A stretch of DNA of 64,000 bases from Vicugna vicugna (taxonomy: Eukaryota), in NCBI GenBank assembly GCA_013265495.1, contig MU058584.1, forward strand, positions 1,338,616 through 1,402,615. Reading direction: 5' to 3'. Below, piece after piece: positions 62,592-64,000 of the stretch. The notes beneath the pieces were generated by a model. It saw nothing but the letters and a program-made list of their open reading frames with translations. It searched no databases and was not told the origin of the DNA. Made by a program: the position numbers and the translations under genes. The number at the start of each line of letters is the position of its first letter. Within the stretch, counting starts at the first letter, position 1.

Positions 62592-62620
62592 ATACAGTAT
62601 GCTGCCACCAGGGGGTGGTA
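62592..62620 (+). promoter_or_regulatory. CTCF-like binding motif
   Basis: TGCCACCAGGGGGTGGTA is close to the CTCF core CCACCAGGGGGCGC; motif match only. Confidence 0.45.
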
Positions 62621-62829
62621 GCAGCAGCCTTGAACGAACAGGCTCATTGTTTGAACTTCAGGAAGCAGTTTATCTGACCTGGGTTTTCTGTTCTAAGAAC
62701 AACTTTTCAGGGCTCCATTTTTTTGTTTGTTTGTTTGTTTTTTTGTTTTGTTCTTTAACAACACTTTTCTAATAAAACCAAACCCTGAATGTTAAGAGCA
62801 TACATTTAAAAGATAATAAAGAGAAGGAA

Positions 62830-62990
62830 TAAACATTCACTAAGCACTTATTATATGGCTTTATATACACCTTTTTATTTAATCCTCATAATACTTTTTT
62901 CAATATAGCTTCAGTGTCCTCAGTTGAAAGATGTTTAACTTCTTTGTTTAGGGTCACATAGCAGTGACATGCCACAGTTCAGGCTACCTG
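62830..62990 (-). mobile_element. MIR
   Basis: aacattcactaagcactta…atttaatcctcataa…tagggtcacatagc. Confidence 0.6.
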
Positions 62991-63439
62991 GTTGAAAGCT
63001 ACTACTATGACTATATTTTGTGGCTTCTTCTCAATAAATGTAAATTCATATTCAAGTAGCATTTCATAAGCATCCACTGTAATTGTCATACATGTGGGTA
63101 CAATTTGGACTTTTTTCCCCACTAATCTTATTTGTCATCTAACACTGCTTAAAATAAAGGTGGTCTTCCCTAGACTTGGTAAGGGTTCTTTTTTTCTCTC
63201 TCAGTCTCTCTCCACCTCACTTTCTCCTCCTTCCCCTTAAAAGCAAAACCTTTCATAGGCTGGTATTCGGCTTAGGGGTTTCAGCTCAGTACATTGTCTC
63301 AAAAAAAAAAAAAAAATCCTCCAGAAGTGAGTCTACAGCTTTTCGGTTGTTTGCAGATTTCCTGTTTCAGCCTCAGAAACACTCTTCTTGGCTTAGTGTC
63401 ATCGCCACTAATTGACAGCGACCTTGTCCATACAGATCC

Positions 63440-63535
63440 TCTGAGCTTCCTGAAGGCAGAAATCCTGTCTGCTCGTTCTCCGCTTGAGCGCCTCAAAATG
63501 CTTCTGATGCAGTAAGGGTACGCAAAATATTAGTG
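63440..63535 (+). mobile_element. L2 3' end
   Basis: tgagcttcctgaaggcagaaatcctgtctgctcgttctc…cagtaagggtacgcaaaatatt. Confidence 0.6.
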
Positions 63536-63569
63536 CGTGCTTTGACTGGGCATGCCTTTGGTACCGTCT

Positions 63570-63870
63570 GGCTTCCCCCTCCCCACTCTAGAGCCAGGTA
63601 ATGTATATCTGATCCCGACTGGGTCAGCCAGATCTTCCCTCCAGCGATTCTGAAACTTTGATGGAAATCATAGGGACGAGAAGCATGCTGGTTCTAATGG
63701 AAGCTCCCTAGAGAAGAAACCTTAACTCTTTGGGCTTATCCTAGATGCTAGGGTTCCTGGGGATTTTAATCTCTTCCTTCAGTTTACTGAACTACTTTAG
63801 TATTCTTACAATATAGCTCCTCCTTCGCTAGACTTACATGGGGTTAATTCAACCAAAACATTTAAGCTAT
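63570..63870 (+). mobile_element. Old ERVL-type LTR (LTR33/LTR16-like)
   Basis: gactgggtcagccagatcttccctcc…gattctgaa, and a 3' cttacaatatagctcctccttcgctagact…caaccaaaa; heavily diverged. Confidence 0.4.
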
Positions 63871-64000
63871 CATATTGAATAGACTTCTTCCCTCCCTCCC
63901 TTCCTTCCTTTTAATGAGGAGGCGTATGTTCTGCCCGCTCACAAGTATTTCCAGAGGGATTGCCATTCAGGGCTTTTTGGCTTTTATCTGCGTTGCTTCT

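Noticed and set aside
1..64000. Inferring a host-gene strand from repeat orientation
   Set aside because: L1 pieces are mostly antisense to +, but the LTRs are mostly sense. The signals conflict and the counts are small.
1..64000. CRISPR array, operon or other prokaryote-style novel system
   Set aside because: The sequence is eutherian repeat-rich DNA, with no regularly spaced repeat-spacer array and no gene-dense coding structure.

Overview
This is ordinary mammalian non-coding DNA, either intronic or intergenic, and probably from a camelid. The taxonomic call rests on three copies of a tRNA-Ala(AGC)-derived SINE resembling the camelid vic-1 family and artiodactyl-type L1 3' ends; I saw no Alu, Bov-tA/BovB, PRE1 or CAN SINEs. 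I cannot support any protein-coding exon: the listed ORFs are chance frames or decayed L1 ORF2 pieces. Much of the window is interspersed repeat (L1, L2, MIR, MaLR/MLT1 LTRs, and MER5, MER63, MER94 and MADE2 DNA-transposon relics) plus microsatellites. Several insertions keep readable target-site duplications (TSDs) that record how they inserted: a twin-primed mini-L1, a 57-bp L1 stub and an internally deleted SINE. A nested LTR pair is also present. The main leads outside repeats are a candidate + strand promoter/first exon at about 28.8-29.15 kb, a nearby AG|GTGAGT site that could be a recursive splice site or a 7-nt microexon, four repeat-poor enhancer-like blocks, and a CTCF-like motif. 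I found no evidence of a new biological system. Repeat family names come from my memory of consensus sequences, not a database search, and boundaries without a TSD are approximate.
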